In this document: positions 18,072 through 30,466 of the stretch, piece by piece | Layout: every line of letters starts with the position of its first letter | Numbering within the stretch: the stretch's first letter is position 1 | Origin: Gammaproteobacteria bacterium | GTDB lineage: Bacteria; Pseudomonadota; Gammaproteobacteria; Magnimaribacterales; D2472 | Reading direction: 5' to 3' | NCBI GenBank assembly: GCA_038141865.1 | Contig: JAYQIX010000006.1 | Coordinates: forward strand, 20,532 to 84,531 | DNA length: 64,000 nucleotides | Position numbers and translations under genes: made by a program | The notes under the pieces: model-generated | What the model was told of the DNA's origin: nothing | The model's database searches: none | What the model saw: only the letters and a program-made list of their open reading frames with translations

Positions 18072-20327
18072 ATGAAAAAAGTTGAGTCAATAAGCCTAAA
18101 AAAATACGCAGAAGAGTCGTATTTAAACTATGCAATGTATGTAATTCTTGACAGAGCATTGCCTAATATTGGTGATGGTCTAAAGCCAGTTCAGAGAAGA
18201 ATACTATATGCAATGTCAGAACTTGGACTTGATGCAGGATCAAAATATAAAAAATCTGCAAGAACAGTTGGTGATGTAATTGGTAAATTTCATCCTCATG
18301 GTGATAGCGCCGCCTATGAAGCAATGGTATTGATGGCTCAGAATTTTTCTTTCAAATATCCATTTGTTGATGGCCAAGGCAATTGGGGATCACAAGATGA
18401 TCCAAAGTCATTTGCCGCTATGCGTTATACAGAATCAAAGCTTACAAAATTTGCTAATTTATTAATTGATGAATTAAAGTCTGGAACAGTTGATTGGCAG
18501 CCAAATTTTGATGGCTCACTTTTAGAGCCAGTAATTTTCCCAGCTAAATTACCATCAATTCTATTAAATGGAACATCTGGCATAGCAGTTGGTATGGCTA
18601 CAGACATACCCTCTCATAACATTAATGAAATAATAGATGCTACAGTTTTTCTTTTAGACAACCCAAGATCTGAGCTGAGTGAACTTTTAGAAATAATTAA
18701 AGGACCAGATTTTTCCAACAATGCCTCAATTATTGCAAGCGAAGAAGAGCTATTAGAAATATATTCAACTGGCAGAGGTGGGTTTAAGATTCAGGCTCAA
18801 TGGGCTCAAGAAAAGAATGACATCATCATAAATGCTTTGCCTTATCAGGCTTCTGGTTCAAAAATATTAGAACAAATTGCAGATCAGATGCTCAAAAAGA
18901 AAATACCAATGGTTGTAGATCTTGCTGATGAAGGCGATCATGAAGAGCCAGTCAGACTTGTTATAACTTTGAAATCAAATAGAGTAAATGCTGAAGATGT
19001 TATGAATCATCTGTTTGCATCAACTGATCTTCAAAAGAACTATAGAGCAAATATGAATTTGATTTCTTTGGCTGGGGGGCCAAAAGTCTTTGATTTACTC
19101 TCCCTTCTAAAAGAGTGGATAACATTCAGAAAGAATACTGTTATCAGGAGATTGGAGCATAGACTAGATCAAGTTAATGATAGGCTGCATATACTAGAAG
19201 GTCTCCTTGCAGTTTATTTAAATATTGATGAGGTTATTAAAATAATTAGAGAGTCTGATGAGCCAAAAAAAGAAATTATCAGGGAATTTAAACTAACAGA
19301 CATACAAGCTAATGCAATTTTAGAGATTAAGCTGAGACAACTAGCTAAACTTGAGCAAATTAAGCTTGAGGACGAGAGATCAAAGTTATCAGATGAACAA
19401 AAAGAAATTGAAACAATTTTGTCTTCAAAAGCCAGACTAAAAACTTTAATCAAAAAGGAACTTTTAGAAATAAAAGAAAATTTTGGTGGAGAGAGGATGT
19501 CTCCAATCAAGAGCGCTTCTAATGCAAAGGTTTTCTCTGAGGAAGAAACTCTGGTTACCGAACCTATAACTGTTGTGCTTTCAGAGGCTGGCTGGATAAG
19601 AAGTGGAAAAGGCCACGAAATTGATCCTTCAAGCTTGAGCTATCGAGGAGAAGATAAGTTACAAGATTATGCACGAGGGAAAAGTAACCAGACAGCAGTA
19701 TTTATTGACTCAAGCGGTAAGGTTTTTTCTATTCCCAGTCACTCACTTCCTTCAGCAAGAGGAATGGGTGAGCCAATATCTGGAAGAGTTAATGCTGAAT
19801 CTGGAGTTAATTTTATATCCGCACTTATTGGTGAGCCAGATGATAAATTTATTTTTACTAATACTGCAGGATATGGATATATTTCTGAATTTAGTAACAC
19901 AATATCGAATAAAAAAACCGGCAAGGCTTTTATGAAGATTCCTGAAGGAGCATCACTCATAAAATCCCAAAAGCTTAGATCAGATCATCAGTATATTGCA
20001 GCAGTTTCTAGCATTGGAAAGCTTTTAATATTTAGATTAGGTGAATTACCAATACTTCCTAAAGGTAAAGGAAACAAGATTATCAATATACCTACCGCTA
20101 AGTTTAAATCCAAAGAGGAAAAAATGCTTGATATTCAACTCTTAGCAGAGGATAGCAATCTTGTGGTTCACTATGGTACGAAGAGTCGCTCTCTTCCATT
20201 TAAAGATTGGCAGCACTATATATCTTCAAGAGCAAAGCGAGGCAATATACTAGCTGGGCATCTTAAAAGAGTAGAAAGTATTTCTGAAGAAGTGAAGATT
20301 AAAGATTCTGCAAAAGAGTCTTCTTAA
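18072..20327 (+). CDS. parC: DNA topoisomerase IV subunit A
   Basis: [26 protein letters not shown]; follows parE. Confidence 0.97.
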   Translation: MKKVESISLKKYAEESYLNYAMYVILDRALPNIGDGLKPVQRRILYAMSELGLDAGSKYKKSARTVGDVIGKFHPHGDSAAYEAMVLMAQNFSFKYPFVDGQGNWGSQDDPKSFAAMRYTESKLTKFANLLIDELKSGTVDWQPNFDGSLLEPVIFPAKLPSILLNGTSGIAVGMATDIPSHNINEIIDATVFLLDNPRSELSELLEIIKGPDFSNNASIIASEEELLEIYSTGRGGFKIQAQWAQEKNDIIINALPYQASGSKILEQIADQMLKKKIPMVVDLADEGDHEEPVRLVITLKSNRVNAEDVMNHLFASTDLQKNYRANMNLISLAGGPKVFDLLSLLKEWITFRKNTVIRRLEHRLDQVNDRLHILEGLLAVYLNIDEVIKIIRESDEPKKEIIREFKLTDIQANAILEIKLRQLAKLEQIKLEDERSKLSDEQKEIETILSSKARLKTLIKKELLEIKENFGGERMSPIKSASNAKVFSEEETLVTEPITVVLSEAGWIRSGKGHEIDPSSLSYRGEDKLQDYARGKSNQTAVFIDSSGKVFSIPSHSLPSARGMGEPISGRVNAESGVNFISALIGEPDDKFIFTNTAGYGYISEFSNTISNKKTGKAFMKIPEGASLIKSQKLRSDHQYIAAVSSIGKLLIFRLGELPILPKGKGNKIINIPTAKFKSKEEKMLDIQLLAEDSNLVVHYGTKSRSLPFKDWQHYISSRAKRGNILAGHLKRVESISEEVKIKDSAKESS

Positions 20328-21494
20328 ATATATTCATTGATTTAATTATTGTATCTTTTTCTATCAATAAACTCGGAGAGAATCTAATGGTATTGATATT
20401 GGCTTTTAATATCATTAGCCCGTTGTTATGACATGCTTTTATTAAATCATCTATTTCAACAGAAGATTTTTCATTAAAAGTTACACTTATCCACAATCCT
20501 GCAGACTTAACCTCTTTAAATAATTTTAAATCTTTCTGAATTTTTTCTAGAGCTTGAATAAATATTTTTTCCTTGACCGTTACCTTTTTTAGGAATGCTT
20601 TTTTAGAAATTATGTCTATTACTTTTTCACCAACCGCGCATGCTATTGGATTACCTCCAAATGTACTCCCATGATGACCGGGACTCATGTATTTTGATAC
20701 TTTATTGTTTGTAATTATTCCTCCCAATGGTAAGCCATTTGCAATACCCTTAGCGAAACAAACAATATCTGGATTGATATTAAATTGCTCATAAGCAAAT
20801 AAGCTTCCCGTCCTTCCTATCCCTGATTGAACCTCATCAATAATTACGAGGGCATTATTCTTCTTGGCTTGCTTTATAATTTGTTTGATAAAATTCTTAT
20901 CAGCCTTAGTAATACCAGATTGCCATTGAATAAGCTCTAAAATTACCGCAGAGGTTTTTTCAGAAAAAACTTTATCTAAACCATTTGGGTTATTAAATTC
21001 ATGATTTTTAATTCCCCTAGGCAAAGGGCCAAAGCCATCATTCAAGTATTTTGAATGAGACAATGTGATACCCATTAATGTTCTTCCATGAAAAGAAGTG
21101 CTAAATGAAATAATCTCATTTTTGTTACCATTAAATTTTTGCGTTGAATACTTTCGAGCAGTTTTAATAGCTGCTTCTATTGCTTCACCGCCAGAGTTAG
21201 AAAAAAAGACTTTGTCACCAAAAGTTTTATTACACAGTTTTTTTGCTAGCCGAGTCGTGGGCTCATTAATATATAAATTTGAGAGGTGCCATACATCTTT
21301 GCTTTGGCTTTGTACTACTTTTATGAGATCTTTATTAGAATGACCAAGACTTGTTACGGCAATACCTGCAGTCAGATCAATATATTTTTTATTATTTGTA
21401 TCCCACACGTATGAACCTTTAGCCTTTTTAACAACAAAGTCAGCTGGTGAATAAAAGGCATAATATAATTAATATAATCTTTACTCATACTCAT
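20299..21494 (-). CDS. argD: Acetylornithine/succinylornithine aminotransferase (class III PLP); N-terminus frameshifted near 21455
   Basis: [48 protein letters not shown]; upstream [14 protein letters not shown] in the shifted frame. Confidence 0.85.
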
Positions 21495-21508
21495 AATTTT
21501 ATTGTAAC

Positions 21509-21985
21509 GTGGTTATTGTCAAAAAAATAAAAGCTGATAGATATTTAATAGATATCAAGCCAAATGGATCCTTGAATGGCATTGCAAGAATAATATTTAT
21601 CTTAAGCATTTCATTTATCTGTATTGGAATTGCAACAATATTTTTTTTATTGGGGGCTACTCTAATACTTCCATTTGCTGGCTTAGAAATACTAATTTTA
21701 GTTACTGCTTTTTATATGAACTTTAATTGGAGCAAGCAAAGGCAAAAAATATTTTTATCAGATGAGCTTGTTTTGATTCAGAAAGGCAGAACAAAAATAG
21801 AATATAGTTGGCAAGAATTTAGAACATTTACTTCATTTCAAGTTAATAAGAGCTCTGATGAAATTACTAAACTTTCTTTTAGATCAAAAGGACAAGATAT
21901 AGAGATAGGAGAATTTTTAAATCAAGAGGATAAAAAATTATTACAAAAAGAAATGAATATTTTAGTGGATGAATTAAATAATTAG
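21509..21985 (+). CDS. DUF2244 family membrane protein
   Basis: PNGSL, two TM helices, ILPFAGLE, IEIGEFL. Confidence 0.8.
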   Translation: MVIVKKIKADRYLIDIKPNGSLNGIARIIFILSISFICIGIATIFFLLGATLILPFAGLEILILVTAFYMNFNWSKQRQKIFLSDELVLIQKGRTKIEYSWQEFRTFTSFQVNKSSDEITKLSFRSKGQDIEIGEFLNQEDKKLLQKEMNILVDELNN

Positions 21986-23242
21986 CTATCCATCCCAACG
22001 ATCTAGCTTCTTCTTTTCAAGCTCTAGCTTTAGCTCTTTAATAAGAGGTATTCCATCTTTAAACTTTATTGGAGCCTCGCCATTAATGAGGGGCTGCAGA
22101 TAATCAATACCTTTTTTTGTAATACTAAAGCCATTTTTGCTTATAAAGCTTTTAGGCAGTTTCTTCTCAAGATTAGCTATTTTTGATACTGGTGCTGGCT
22201 CAACCACCCATTTATATTTTCTTCCTGCAAGTCTCTTAATTACAGGCATAGTTCCATTCATTCCTTTCAATGCATATTTTACAGCGTGAATGCCAACTGC
22301 CTGCGCGTGATCAAAGTCAGTTTTAGATGCTAAGTGTCTAGCGCTCCTTTGAAGGTAATCAGCAACAGCCCAGTGATTTTTATACTTTAATTTTGATGTG
22401 ATTAAATTCGCAATGAAGGGAGCCACTCCTCCAAGTTGAGTATGTCCAAAGGCATCTTTTGTATCAGTCTCTGCTAGAAACTTACCTCTAGAATTCCTTA
22501 CGCCCTCCGAAACTACTACAACACAATAACCATCTGAATTTACGTTTTTCTTCACTTCTGCAAGAAAGTTTTTTTGGTTAAAAGCAACTTCAGGTAATAA
22601 AATAATATGTGGTGCATTCTGATTATTTCTTTTTGCAAGTATGCTTGATGCAGCCATCCAGCCTGCATGTCTTCCCATAACCTCAAGAATAAACACTTTT
22701 GTTGATGTTTCTGACATAGATTGCACATCTAAAGATCCCTCTAGTGTTGAAGTAGCAATGTACTTAGCAGCGGAACCAAAGCCAGGGCACGAGTCAGTAA
22801 TAACAAGATCATTATCTACAGTTTTAGGAATTGCTATACATGTTAGATCATACCCAAGATCTTTACTTATTTTTGAGACTTTTAATGCAGTGTCAGCAGA
22901 GTCATTTCCGCCATTATAAAAAAAATAACCAATATTATGAGCCTTAAAAACTTCTATTAGTCTTTTATATTGGCGTGCATCAGATTCAAGATCTTTAAGT
23001 TTAAACCTGCACGAGCCAAATACTCCACCAGGTCGATATTTCAGTGATTCAATATTTGCAATGGACTCTTTAGATGTATCAATAAGATCTTCTTTTAATG
23101 CTCCAAGAATGCCATTTTTGCCAGCATATAATTTTCCTATCTTATTTTTATGCTTTCTAGTTTCAAGAATTAAAGAGCTCGCTGTGGCATTTATTACTGC
23201 TGTAACTCCGCCTGATTGTGCGTAAAATGCATTTTTTTTCAT
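21986..23242 (-). CDS. pfp: Phosphofructokinase, pyrophosphate-dependent type
   Basis: AQSGGVTAVIN, GGNDS, PKTVDND, EVMGRHAGW. Confidence 0.85.
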   Translation of the reverse strand: MKKNAFYAQSGGVTAVINATASSLILETRKHKNKIGKLYAGKNGILGALKEDLIDTSKESIANIESLKYRPGGVFGSCRFKLKDLESDARQYKRLIEVFKAHNIGYFFYNGGNDSADTALKVSKISKDLGYDLTCIAIPKTVDNDLVITDSCPGFGSAAKYIATSTLEGSLDVQSMSETSTKVFILEVMGRHAGWMAASSILAKRNNQNAPHIILLPEVAFNQKNFLAEVKKNVNSDGYCVVVVSEGVRNSRGKFLAETDTKDAFGHTQLGGVAPFIANLITSKLKYKNHWAVADYLQRSARHLASKTDFDHAQAVGIHAVKYALKGMNGTMPVIKRLAGRKYKWVVEPAPVSKIANLEKKLPKSFISKNGFSITKKGIDYLQPLINGEAPIKFKDGIPLIKELKLELEKKKLDRWDG

Positions 23243-23293
23243 ATTAGTGCCCTATATTTCTTTATTTAACTTTTACAAAGTATTATAACCACT

Positions 23294-24603
23294 ATGAGAA
23301 TACATATTCTAGGTATATGCGGGACCTTCATGGGGGGCATAGCACAGATACTTAAAGATTCAGGTCATGATGTTTCAGGTTCTGATATTCAATTTTATCC
23401 GCCTATGTCAGATCAGCTTAAAAGCTCTCATATAGACTTAGTTCAGGGTTACAAAGTAAATGATCTGCCAAAAGCAGATCTTTACATAATTGGAAATGCT
23501 ATGTCTCGAGGAAATGAGTCTGTTGAACATATCTTAGAAAACAACCTCCCATTTAAATCAGGGCCAGACATTCTTGGCGAAATGCTGACAAAAAAAAATG
23601 TCATTTCAATTTCTGGAACACATGGCAAAACAACAACCTCTTATATGCTGTGCCATATTTTTTTAAAACAGGATAGAGATATTGGATATTTGGTTGGTGG
23701 AGTTTCAAGCTCTACAGGTAAATCAGCTTGTCTAGGAAGTGATAATGTATTTATAGTCGAAGCAGATGAATATGATTCTGCTTTTTTTGATAAAAGATCA
23801 AAGTTCATTCACTACAAAACAAATACATTAATAATTAACAATATAGAATTTGATCATGCTGATATATTTAGGGATCTTGATGATATAAAAAAACAATTTC
23901 ATCATCTCATAAAAACAATACCAGGGTCTGGAAATATTATCTATTATGGAGATGATAAGAATTCATATGATGTAGTCAGACAAGGAGTATGGTCAAAAAC
24001 AATTTCTATTAATAAAGGCGATCACCATTTAGATTTTCAAAATAGATTATTAACAATTGATGAAAAAGAATATTCTTAAAAGACCTTCCATTGATTGGAG
24101 AGCATAATCTTAAAAATTATTGTTCTGCAATTCTTGCCGCAAATGTAAATGGTATATCTATAGAAGATTCAATTGAGAGTCTACTTGATTTTAATGGAGT
24201 TAAACGCAGATTAGAAAATAAAGGATCATATTCAGGCGTAAGTATCTATGATGATTTTGCCCATCATCCAACAGCAATTAGAATGACAGCTGACGCACTA
24301 TCTTCACAACATTCAGAGTCAAAAATTTTAGGCATAATAGAATTAGGGTCTAATACTATGTCAGGAGGGTTTCATGGTGATGAATTATTCAATGCTCCTG
24401 GCACCCTCGCAAAGACTATTTGGATAGATCATAAAAGTATTTTGGGGGAAGAGATAGATGAACGATTAGTTTTTAATTCAATTGACTCATCTTTAATTTT
24501 TATCAAAGAGAATATTTGTGATTATGATATTATTTTAATAATGACAAACAAAGACAGCTCTTTGATATATAACCCAATTATTAAACACCTTGAAAAAATC
24601 TAA
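23294..24603 (+). CDS. mpl: Murein peptide ligase (apparent frameshift near 24078)
   Basis: HILGICGTFMGG, GTHGKTTT, EADEYDSAFFDKRSKF, DDFAHHPTAI, SNTM. Confidence 0.93.
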
Positions 24604-25180
24604 CGTACCTATATTCCCATTAAAAATTGTTGCATTGCCTGGAAGCATTCAGTCATTACAAATTTTTGAGCCCAGATATGTAAGCATGGTTAAGAACTCT
24701 CTAAAAGATGATTCTGGTTTTGTTATTGCTTTTTTTGAAGAAGAAAACTCAGAGAGTAGCGTTGCTATCTCTAAGAAAGGTACTTACGTAAGAATAATAG
24801 ATTTCAATAATTTACCAAATGGATTGCTAGGCATAACCGTTAAAGCTGAGGATAAAGTTTCAATTAAGAACATATGTCAGCTTGAGGATGGTTTAAATAT
24901 TGGTGAGGTTGAGCCAATGATTGATCCTGAAGTTGATGATCAGGCAATACTTGCTGAGTATCCAGAATTTGTAAATATTCTAACTCAAATTATGAAGCAT
25001 CCAAAAGTAAGTGAGATGCCTATCAATGTTAATTTTAATTCTGCCGATTCAATTGCCTATCACCTTGGCGGCCTAATACCATTAACTCCTGAAGAAAAGC
25101 AAAGCCTACTTGATGCATTTGATGCATCACAGAGATTTATAATCCTATCAAAGTGTATAGAAAAGATGAAAAGCACATAA
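24590..25180 (+). CDS. LON peptidase substrate-binding domain protein
   Basis: PIFPL..V.LPG....LQIFEPRY..M, EKQSLL. Confidence 0.88.
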   Translation: MKKSNVPIFPLKIVALPGSIQSLQIFEPRYVSMVKNSLKDDSGFVIAFFEEENSESSVAISKKGTYVRIIDFNNLPNGLLGITVKAEDKVSIKNICQLEDGLNIGEVEPMIDPEVDDQAILAEYPEFVNILTQIMKHPKVSEMPINVNFNSADSIAYHLGGLIPLTPEEKQSLLDAFDASQRFIILSKCIEKMKST

Positions 25181-25187
25181 TTTAATT

Positions 25188-25619
25188 TTATTTAAACTCG
25201 ATTTCTTTAACGCCAGATTTTTTTCTCAACCAGTTGATGCCTCTTCTAACAGTTTTAATTGAAATGATTCTTCTCTCTAAATTTTGCTTGCCAGGATAGT
25301 CGCTCATAACCAATCCTATCAAAATCATTAGAATGCCTTGACCGGGGAGAACTAATGCAAGGATCCCAAGAATTATAAATATGTAACCAATTAAGTTCTT
25401 TGTAATCATATAAAATAACCACAACACGATAGAACTTTCTTTAAGTTTGGAAACTCTTTGATTATTTGTGAAGTAATCCTGAGGTATTTTTGCTGCAAAG
25501 TATTTAATTCCAAATATACTCATGAAGAAAATACAGAAGGAAAAAACACCCAGATATAAAAGTATATAACTATTTTTTTCTAGCCATTCATATATAAAAC
25601 TTAGGCCATAAATTTCCAT
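25188..25619 (-). CDS. Putative transmembrane protein (PGPGW-like)
   Basis: Hydrophobic helices, LVLPGQGIL, DYPGK, INWLR. Confidence 0.65.
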   Translation of the reverse strand: MEIYGLSFIYEWLEKNSYILLYLGVFSFCIFFMSIFGIKYFAAKIPQDYFTNNQRVSKLKESSIVLWLFYMITKNLIGYIFIILGILALVLPGQGILMILIGLVMSDYPGKQNLERRIISIKTVRRGINWLRKKSGVKEIEFK

Positions 25620-25689
25620 ATTTACTTATCTTTTTGCTTTAATATAATTTAGTATATCTTAAGCACCTAAAAATTAAATATATCGAATT

Positions 25690-26034
25690 TTGTCACAAGA
25701 AAAAATTAAAGAAATTTGTCTCAAATCATTAGAAGATAGCAAAGCAGAAGATATTCTTTCACTTGATATTGAGGGCATATCCTCTTTCGCTGATACGATA
25801 ATTATAGCGACAGCGACTTCAAACAGGCATGCAAAATCAATTTCTGAAAAATTGATTGAAGAGGTCAAAACTAACAATCTAGAAATTATTGGCAATGAAG
25901 GTACTGCTGACTCAGGCTGGATTCTTGTAGATTGTGGATCAGTTGTTATCAATCTTATGAAATCAGAAACAAGAGAATTTTATGATTTAGAAGGATTATG
26001 GGGTGAAAATACATTACTTCCAGTAAGCTCTTAG
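25690..26034 (+). CDS. rsfS: Ribosome silencing factor
   Basis: KAEDI, ATATSNRH, WILVDCG, REFYDLEGLW. Confidence 0.93.
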   Translation: MSQEKIKEICLKSLEDSKAEDILSLDIEGISSFADTIIIATATSNRHAKSISEKLIEEVKTNNLEIIGNEGTADSGWILVDCGSVVINLMKSETREFYDLEGLWGENTLLPVSS

Positions 26035-26499
26035 ATGCTTCTTAACTTTATCAGTGTAACCAACAAGCTATCTAAATGGGAAAGTGAAGGAGTTAATTAC
26101 TACTCTAAACAATTACCAAATTATGTTTCACTAAATTTTGAGGATATTAAAAGCCAACAACATCCAAAACGATCTGTCGATGAAGTAGTATCGCTTGAAT
26201 CAAAATCTATTTTATCCAAACTTAAAGATAGCGAATTCACAATTTCATTTGATATTAAAGGTGAGTCTGTAAGCAGTGAAAAGTTTAGTCAAATCATGAG
26301 GTCATGCATTGAAAATAATAAAAAAGCTAATTTTATAATTGGGGGCTCATTCGGGCTTTCAGATGAGATATTAAATTCATCTAATAAGATAATTTCAATC
26401 TCTGAAATGACTTTTCCGCATAGATTATTCAAAATAATCTTAATGGAACAAATATATAGAGCATTCTCAATTCTTAATAATTCTCCATATCACAAATGA
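26035..26499 (+). CDS. rlmH: 23S rRNA pseudouridine1915 N3-methyltransferase
   Basis: FIIGGSFGL, MTFPH, EQIYRA, PYHK. Confidence 0.95.
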   Translation: MLLNFISVTNKLSKWESEGVNYYSKQLPNYVSLNFEDIKSQQHPKRSVDEVVSLESKSILSKLKDSEFTISFDIKGESVSSEKFSQIMRSCIENNKKANFIIGGSFGLSDEILNSSNKIISISEMTFPHRLFKIILMEQIYRAFSILNNSPYHK

Positions 26500-28335
26500 T
26501 AGATATCGAAGATAGATTTATTGAGAAAAGAATATTTAAAAGTAGATTAATACTTATTTATTTATTCTTTGCATTACTCTTTGCCTTACTTATATATAGA
26601 ACATATTCTTTACAAGTTTATCAGCTTTTCAAGCTATGAGCTTGCTTCAATAGAAAATAAAACAAAGACCGTTTTGGTTCAGCCAACCAGGGGCATTATC
26701 TATGATCGTAATGGCAATATATTGATAAATAACGTTCCAAGTTATGACTTAATTATTCAACCTTCACAAATAACAGATATTCAAGCCTATTTAGATAGAT
26801 TGGGTTCAATAATCTCAATTTCAAATAGAGATAGAGAATATGTATATGAACAATACCCAATTAAATCATCATATAACAGAGAGCTAACAGTTAAGAGGGG
26901 GCTTAGTAATGAAGAAATAGCTAGGTTTGAAGTTAGAAATTATCTTTTTCCTGAAGCCATTATAGATGAAAGATATAGTCGAGAGAGTCAATATCCAGAT
27001 CTATTCTCTCATGTGCTTGGTTATGTTGGAGGAATCCAAAATGATAGGCTCGAAGATGTACTTAATTCGCAGAATAAAAGCCTTGGTGAGACCACTTTCA
27101 AATATGCTAATGGCTATCTAGTTGGTAAAACCGGCATCGAGAGCATCTATGATAATGAGTTAAGAGGCACTTTTGGAGAAAAGGTTTATGAAGTTGATGC
27201 AAGAGGTAAATTTCTTAAACAAATTGACCTAATTGATCCTATAAAAGGAAAGGACTTGGTGACATCTTTAGACCTAGATGCTCAAAAAACTGCTTACGAA
27301 GCAATGAAAGGAAGAAGAGGCGCAGTAGTAGTCGTAGAAATTGAATCTGGATCAATAATAACTTACTTAAGCTCTCCATCTTTTTCAATCAATGAAATCT
27401 CAAATGGAATTTCGAATTCAAATTTTCAGAAATTAGTGGATGATAAAAATAAACCTTTTTTTGATAGAGCCTCACAAGGAAGATATTCTCCAGCTTCAAC
27501 AATCAAACCAGCTATAGGACTTTATGGATTAGAAAATAAAATAATTGACTGGGATTATAAAATTCAAGATCCTGGATATTTTATTCTTCCGGAAGATCAA
27601 AGAGTTTATAGAGGATGGAAAGATGGTGGACATGGTGAAATTAATTTAGAAAGCGCAATAATTGAGAGCTCAAATACTTTCTTTTTTTCTTTAGCATATG
27701 AATCAGAGATAGATGATTTAATTCAACATCTAGCTAATTTTGGGTTTGGAAAAAATGTTTGTTTAGATTGTTTTAATCCAGACAAAGGTTTATTGCCAAG
27801 TCCAGAATGGAAAATGAATAATCTTAACTTTGGATGGTTCAAGGGTGACTCTGTGAATATGGGGGTTGGCCAAGGCTATCTAAGTGCTACTCCAATTCAG
27901 CTTGCATTTTACGGCGCTTTTCTAAGCAATAAAGGATCTCTTGAAAAGCTTTCAATATTGGATATATACAGCAATAAAGATTTTTTAGAGTTGCCTTCAA
28001 ATAATATTTCTGAAGAAGACTGGAATAGGCTTCATGATAGTATGATTGGAGTAATAGAGAGCCCCAAGGGAACTGCAAAGAGGCTAAAGAACCTAAAACC
28101 ATATACGATTGCTGCAAAATCAGGGACCGTAGAATTAGTAAGTCTAGATAGTAAAGAGGATTATGAGTTGGTAAGGCAAGATATTAATAAAAGAGATCAT
28201 GCAATAATGGTGGCGTTTGGGCCAATGCCAAATCCAAAATATGCTGTAAGTGTAGTTATTGAGAACGCAGAAAGCGGAGGATCAGTTGCTGGACCGGTCG
28301 CAGTAAAAGTACTTAACTCATTAATAGATAAATGA
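26496..28335 (+). CDS. mrdA: Penicillin-binding protein 2 (apparent frameshift near 26617)
   Basis: True start MIDIEDRF... with TM helix overlaps the rlmH stop (ATGA); RGIIYDRNG, PASTIKP (SxxK), SSN, KSGT. Confidence 0.93.
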
Positions 28336-29429
28336 AGCAGCTTTCTTTTAAAAGATTTACTGTTTACTTTGATCAGTACCTATTTATTTCCATAACATTG
28401 CTGTCAGTTATGGGTTTATTTTTTCTTTATAGCGCCTCTCAAGGTGATTTAAATGTTGTAATTAAGCAAGCAGTATTTGTTGGATTTGGTTTATGTCTCA
28501 TGTTTGCTCTAAGTCAGCCAGACCCTGATATATATAAAATTCTTTCGTTAATTTTCTTAATAATTTCTTTGCTGCTAGTTGTAATAACGATCCTATTTGC
28601 AAAAGAAATTAATGGTGCAAAAAGATGGCTTGATCTCGGGGTATTTACCCTTCAGCCATCTGAACTAGTGAAAATTGCTCTTCCATTATATTTAGCATCA
28701 TATCTTTTTGAGAAACCAATACCTATTGATTTAAAGAATACTTTTAAAAGTATAGCGATAATAGCAACATGTTTTTTATTAATTGCTAAGCAACCAGATC
28801 TAGGAACAAGCTTAGTTGTTTCTATGGCAGGAATTTATATTTTGTTTTTTGCTGGCTTAAGTTGGAAGTTTATTGGATCTTCTTTTTTGATTTTCATAAT
28901 TTCACTTCCTTTTTTATGGAATAATTTTCTACAACCATTTCAACAACAAAGGATTCAGACATTGCTTGATCCTGGGGCTGATCCTTATGGCAGCGGTTGG
29001 AATATAACACAATCTAAAATCGCAATAGGATCTGGAGGTATTTCAGGAAAAGGCTACACTGATGGATCTCAATCGCATTTAGATTTCCTTCCTGAAACAG
29101 AAACTGATTTCATATTTGCTGTAATCGCCGAAGAGTTTGGGTTTATAGGTATATGCGTTTTGCTATCAATCTACTTTTTTATTTTATTAAGGTGCCTTTA
29201 CTTGGCTTTTAATGCTAGAGATAGATTTTGCAGATTAACCATTGGAGGCCTAAGTTTAATATTTGCCTCAACTCTTTTTATTAATCTTGCTATGGTAACT
29301 GGACTAATTCCAGTTGTGGGCATGCCACTTCCATTAATTAGTAAAGGTGGATCATCGCTATTATCATTCTATATTGCTTTTGGCATTATAATATCCATGG
29401 CATCACATAAAAAATTAATGCAAAGATGA
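28332..29429 (+). CDS. rodA: Rod shape-determining protein RodA
   Basis: GAKRW, QPSELVK, QPDLGT, FLPETETDFIF, GMPLPLISKGGSS. Confidence 0.95.
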   Translation: MKQLSFKRFTVYFDQYLFISITLLSVMGLFFLYSASQGDLNVVIKQAVFVGFGLCLMFALSQPDPDIYKILSLIFLIISLLLVVITILFAKEINGAKRWLDLGVFTLQPSELVKIALPLYLASYLFEKPIPIDLKNTFKSIAIIATCFLLIAKQPDLGTSLVVSMAGIYILFFAGLSWKFIGSSFLIFIISLPFLWNNFLQPFQQQRIQTLLDPGADPYGSGWNITQSKIAIGSGGISGKGYTDGSQSHLDFLPETETDFIFAVIAEEFGFIGICVLLSIYFFILLRCLYLAFNARDRFCRLTIGGLSLIFASTLFINLAMVTGLIPVVGMPLPLISKGGSSLLSFYIAFGIIISMASHKKLMQR

Positions 29430-30466
29430 ACAGACTATACTTATTAATTACTATTCTTTTTTCAGCTGGTAGCTTTGCAGATTATTTAAATCATCCTGAT
29501 ATAGAAGATCTTATTGAAGAGCTTGTTAACATTCATAATTTTGATGAAAGCTATGTCTTAGAAGTAATTTCTGATGCTGAAAAGAAACAAAAAATACTCG
29601 ACGATATCTCAAGCCCTGCTGAATTTACCCTTACATGGGATAGGTATAAAGCAATATTCATTGAAGACAAAAGAATAACCAACGGCAAAAGTTTTATCAA
29701 AGATAACCTTAAAACACTTCAAAAGGCTGAGGATGAATTTGGAGTTCCAAAAGAGATAATCACTGCAATTATTGGAGTAGAGACTAGATATGGCAAAATT
29801 CAAGGATCTCATAGGGTTATTGATAGCCTTTTTACTTTAGGCCTCGACTACCCCAGGCGTTCTAAATTTTTCAGGAGTGAATTGATCAATTTTTTCCTTT
29901 TAACCAGAGAAAATAATCTTGATATTCTGCAAATTAAAGGATCATATGCAGGTGCTATGGGCTATGGTCAGTTCATTTCATCAAGTTACAGATCATATGC
30001 TATTGACTATGACAATGACGGGATTGCTGATTTATTCAATTCAGTTGATGACGCAATCGGAAGTGTTGCAAACTACCTTGTAAAAAGAGGAGGTTGGAAA
30101 AGAGATGGCAATATAATCCAAAAAGTTAAATTAAATAATCCTAGGCTTACTTACTCTCCTAACTCTGCTTCTAATAAATTCATTCCTCTGATGTTTTCTG
30201 AGGGCTTAGACGAATATTATATTATAAAGAAAGGAGACACCTTATCTGATATAGCTCTTAAAAATAATATATCTATTAAAGAATTAGCAAAATTGAATAA
30301 TATAAAAAACCAAAATGACATTTATTCTGGTCAAAAAATCTTAGTAAGAAATAAAAAAGATTTATATTTTATTGGAGATGACAATTTTATCGCAATAACA
30401 AAATATAATATAAGTCACTTTTATGCAATGGCAGTGTATTATCTATCTGAAGAGTTAAAAATATGA
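29426..30466 (+). CDS. MltB/SltB1 family lytic murein transglycosylase with inserted LysM domain
   Basis: IIGVETRYG (catalytic Glu), GSYAGAMGYGQF, DYDNDG EF-hand-like loop, LysM at 30215-30346, ITKYN.S..YAMAV. Confidence 0.9.
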   Translation: MNRLYLLITILFSAGSFADYLNHPDIEDLIEELVNIHNFDESYVLEVISDAEKKQKILDDISSPAEFTLTWDRYKAIFIEDKRITNGKSFIKDNLKTLQKAEDEFGVPKEIITAIIGVETRYGKIQGSHRVIDSLFTLGLDYPRRSKFFRSELINFFLLTRENNLDILQIKGSYAGAMGYGQFISSSYRSYAIDYDNDGIADLFNSVDDAIGSVANYLVKRGGWKRDGNIIQKVKLNNPRLTYSPNSASNKFIPLMFSEGLDEYYIIKKGDTLSDIALKNNISIKELAKLNNIKNQNDIYSGQKILVRNKKDLYFIGDDNFIAITKYNISHFYAMAVYYLSEELKI

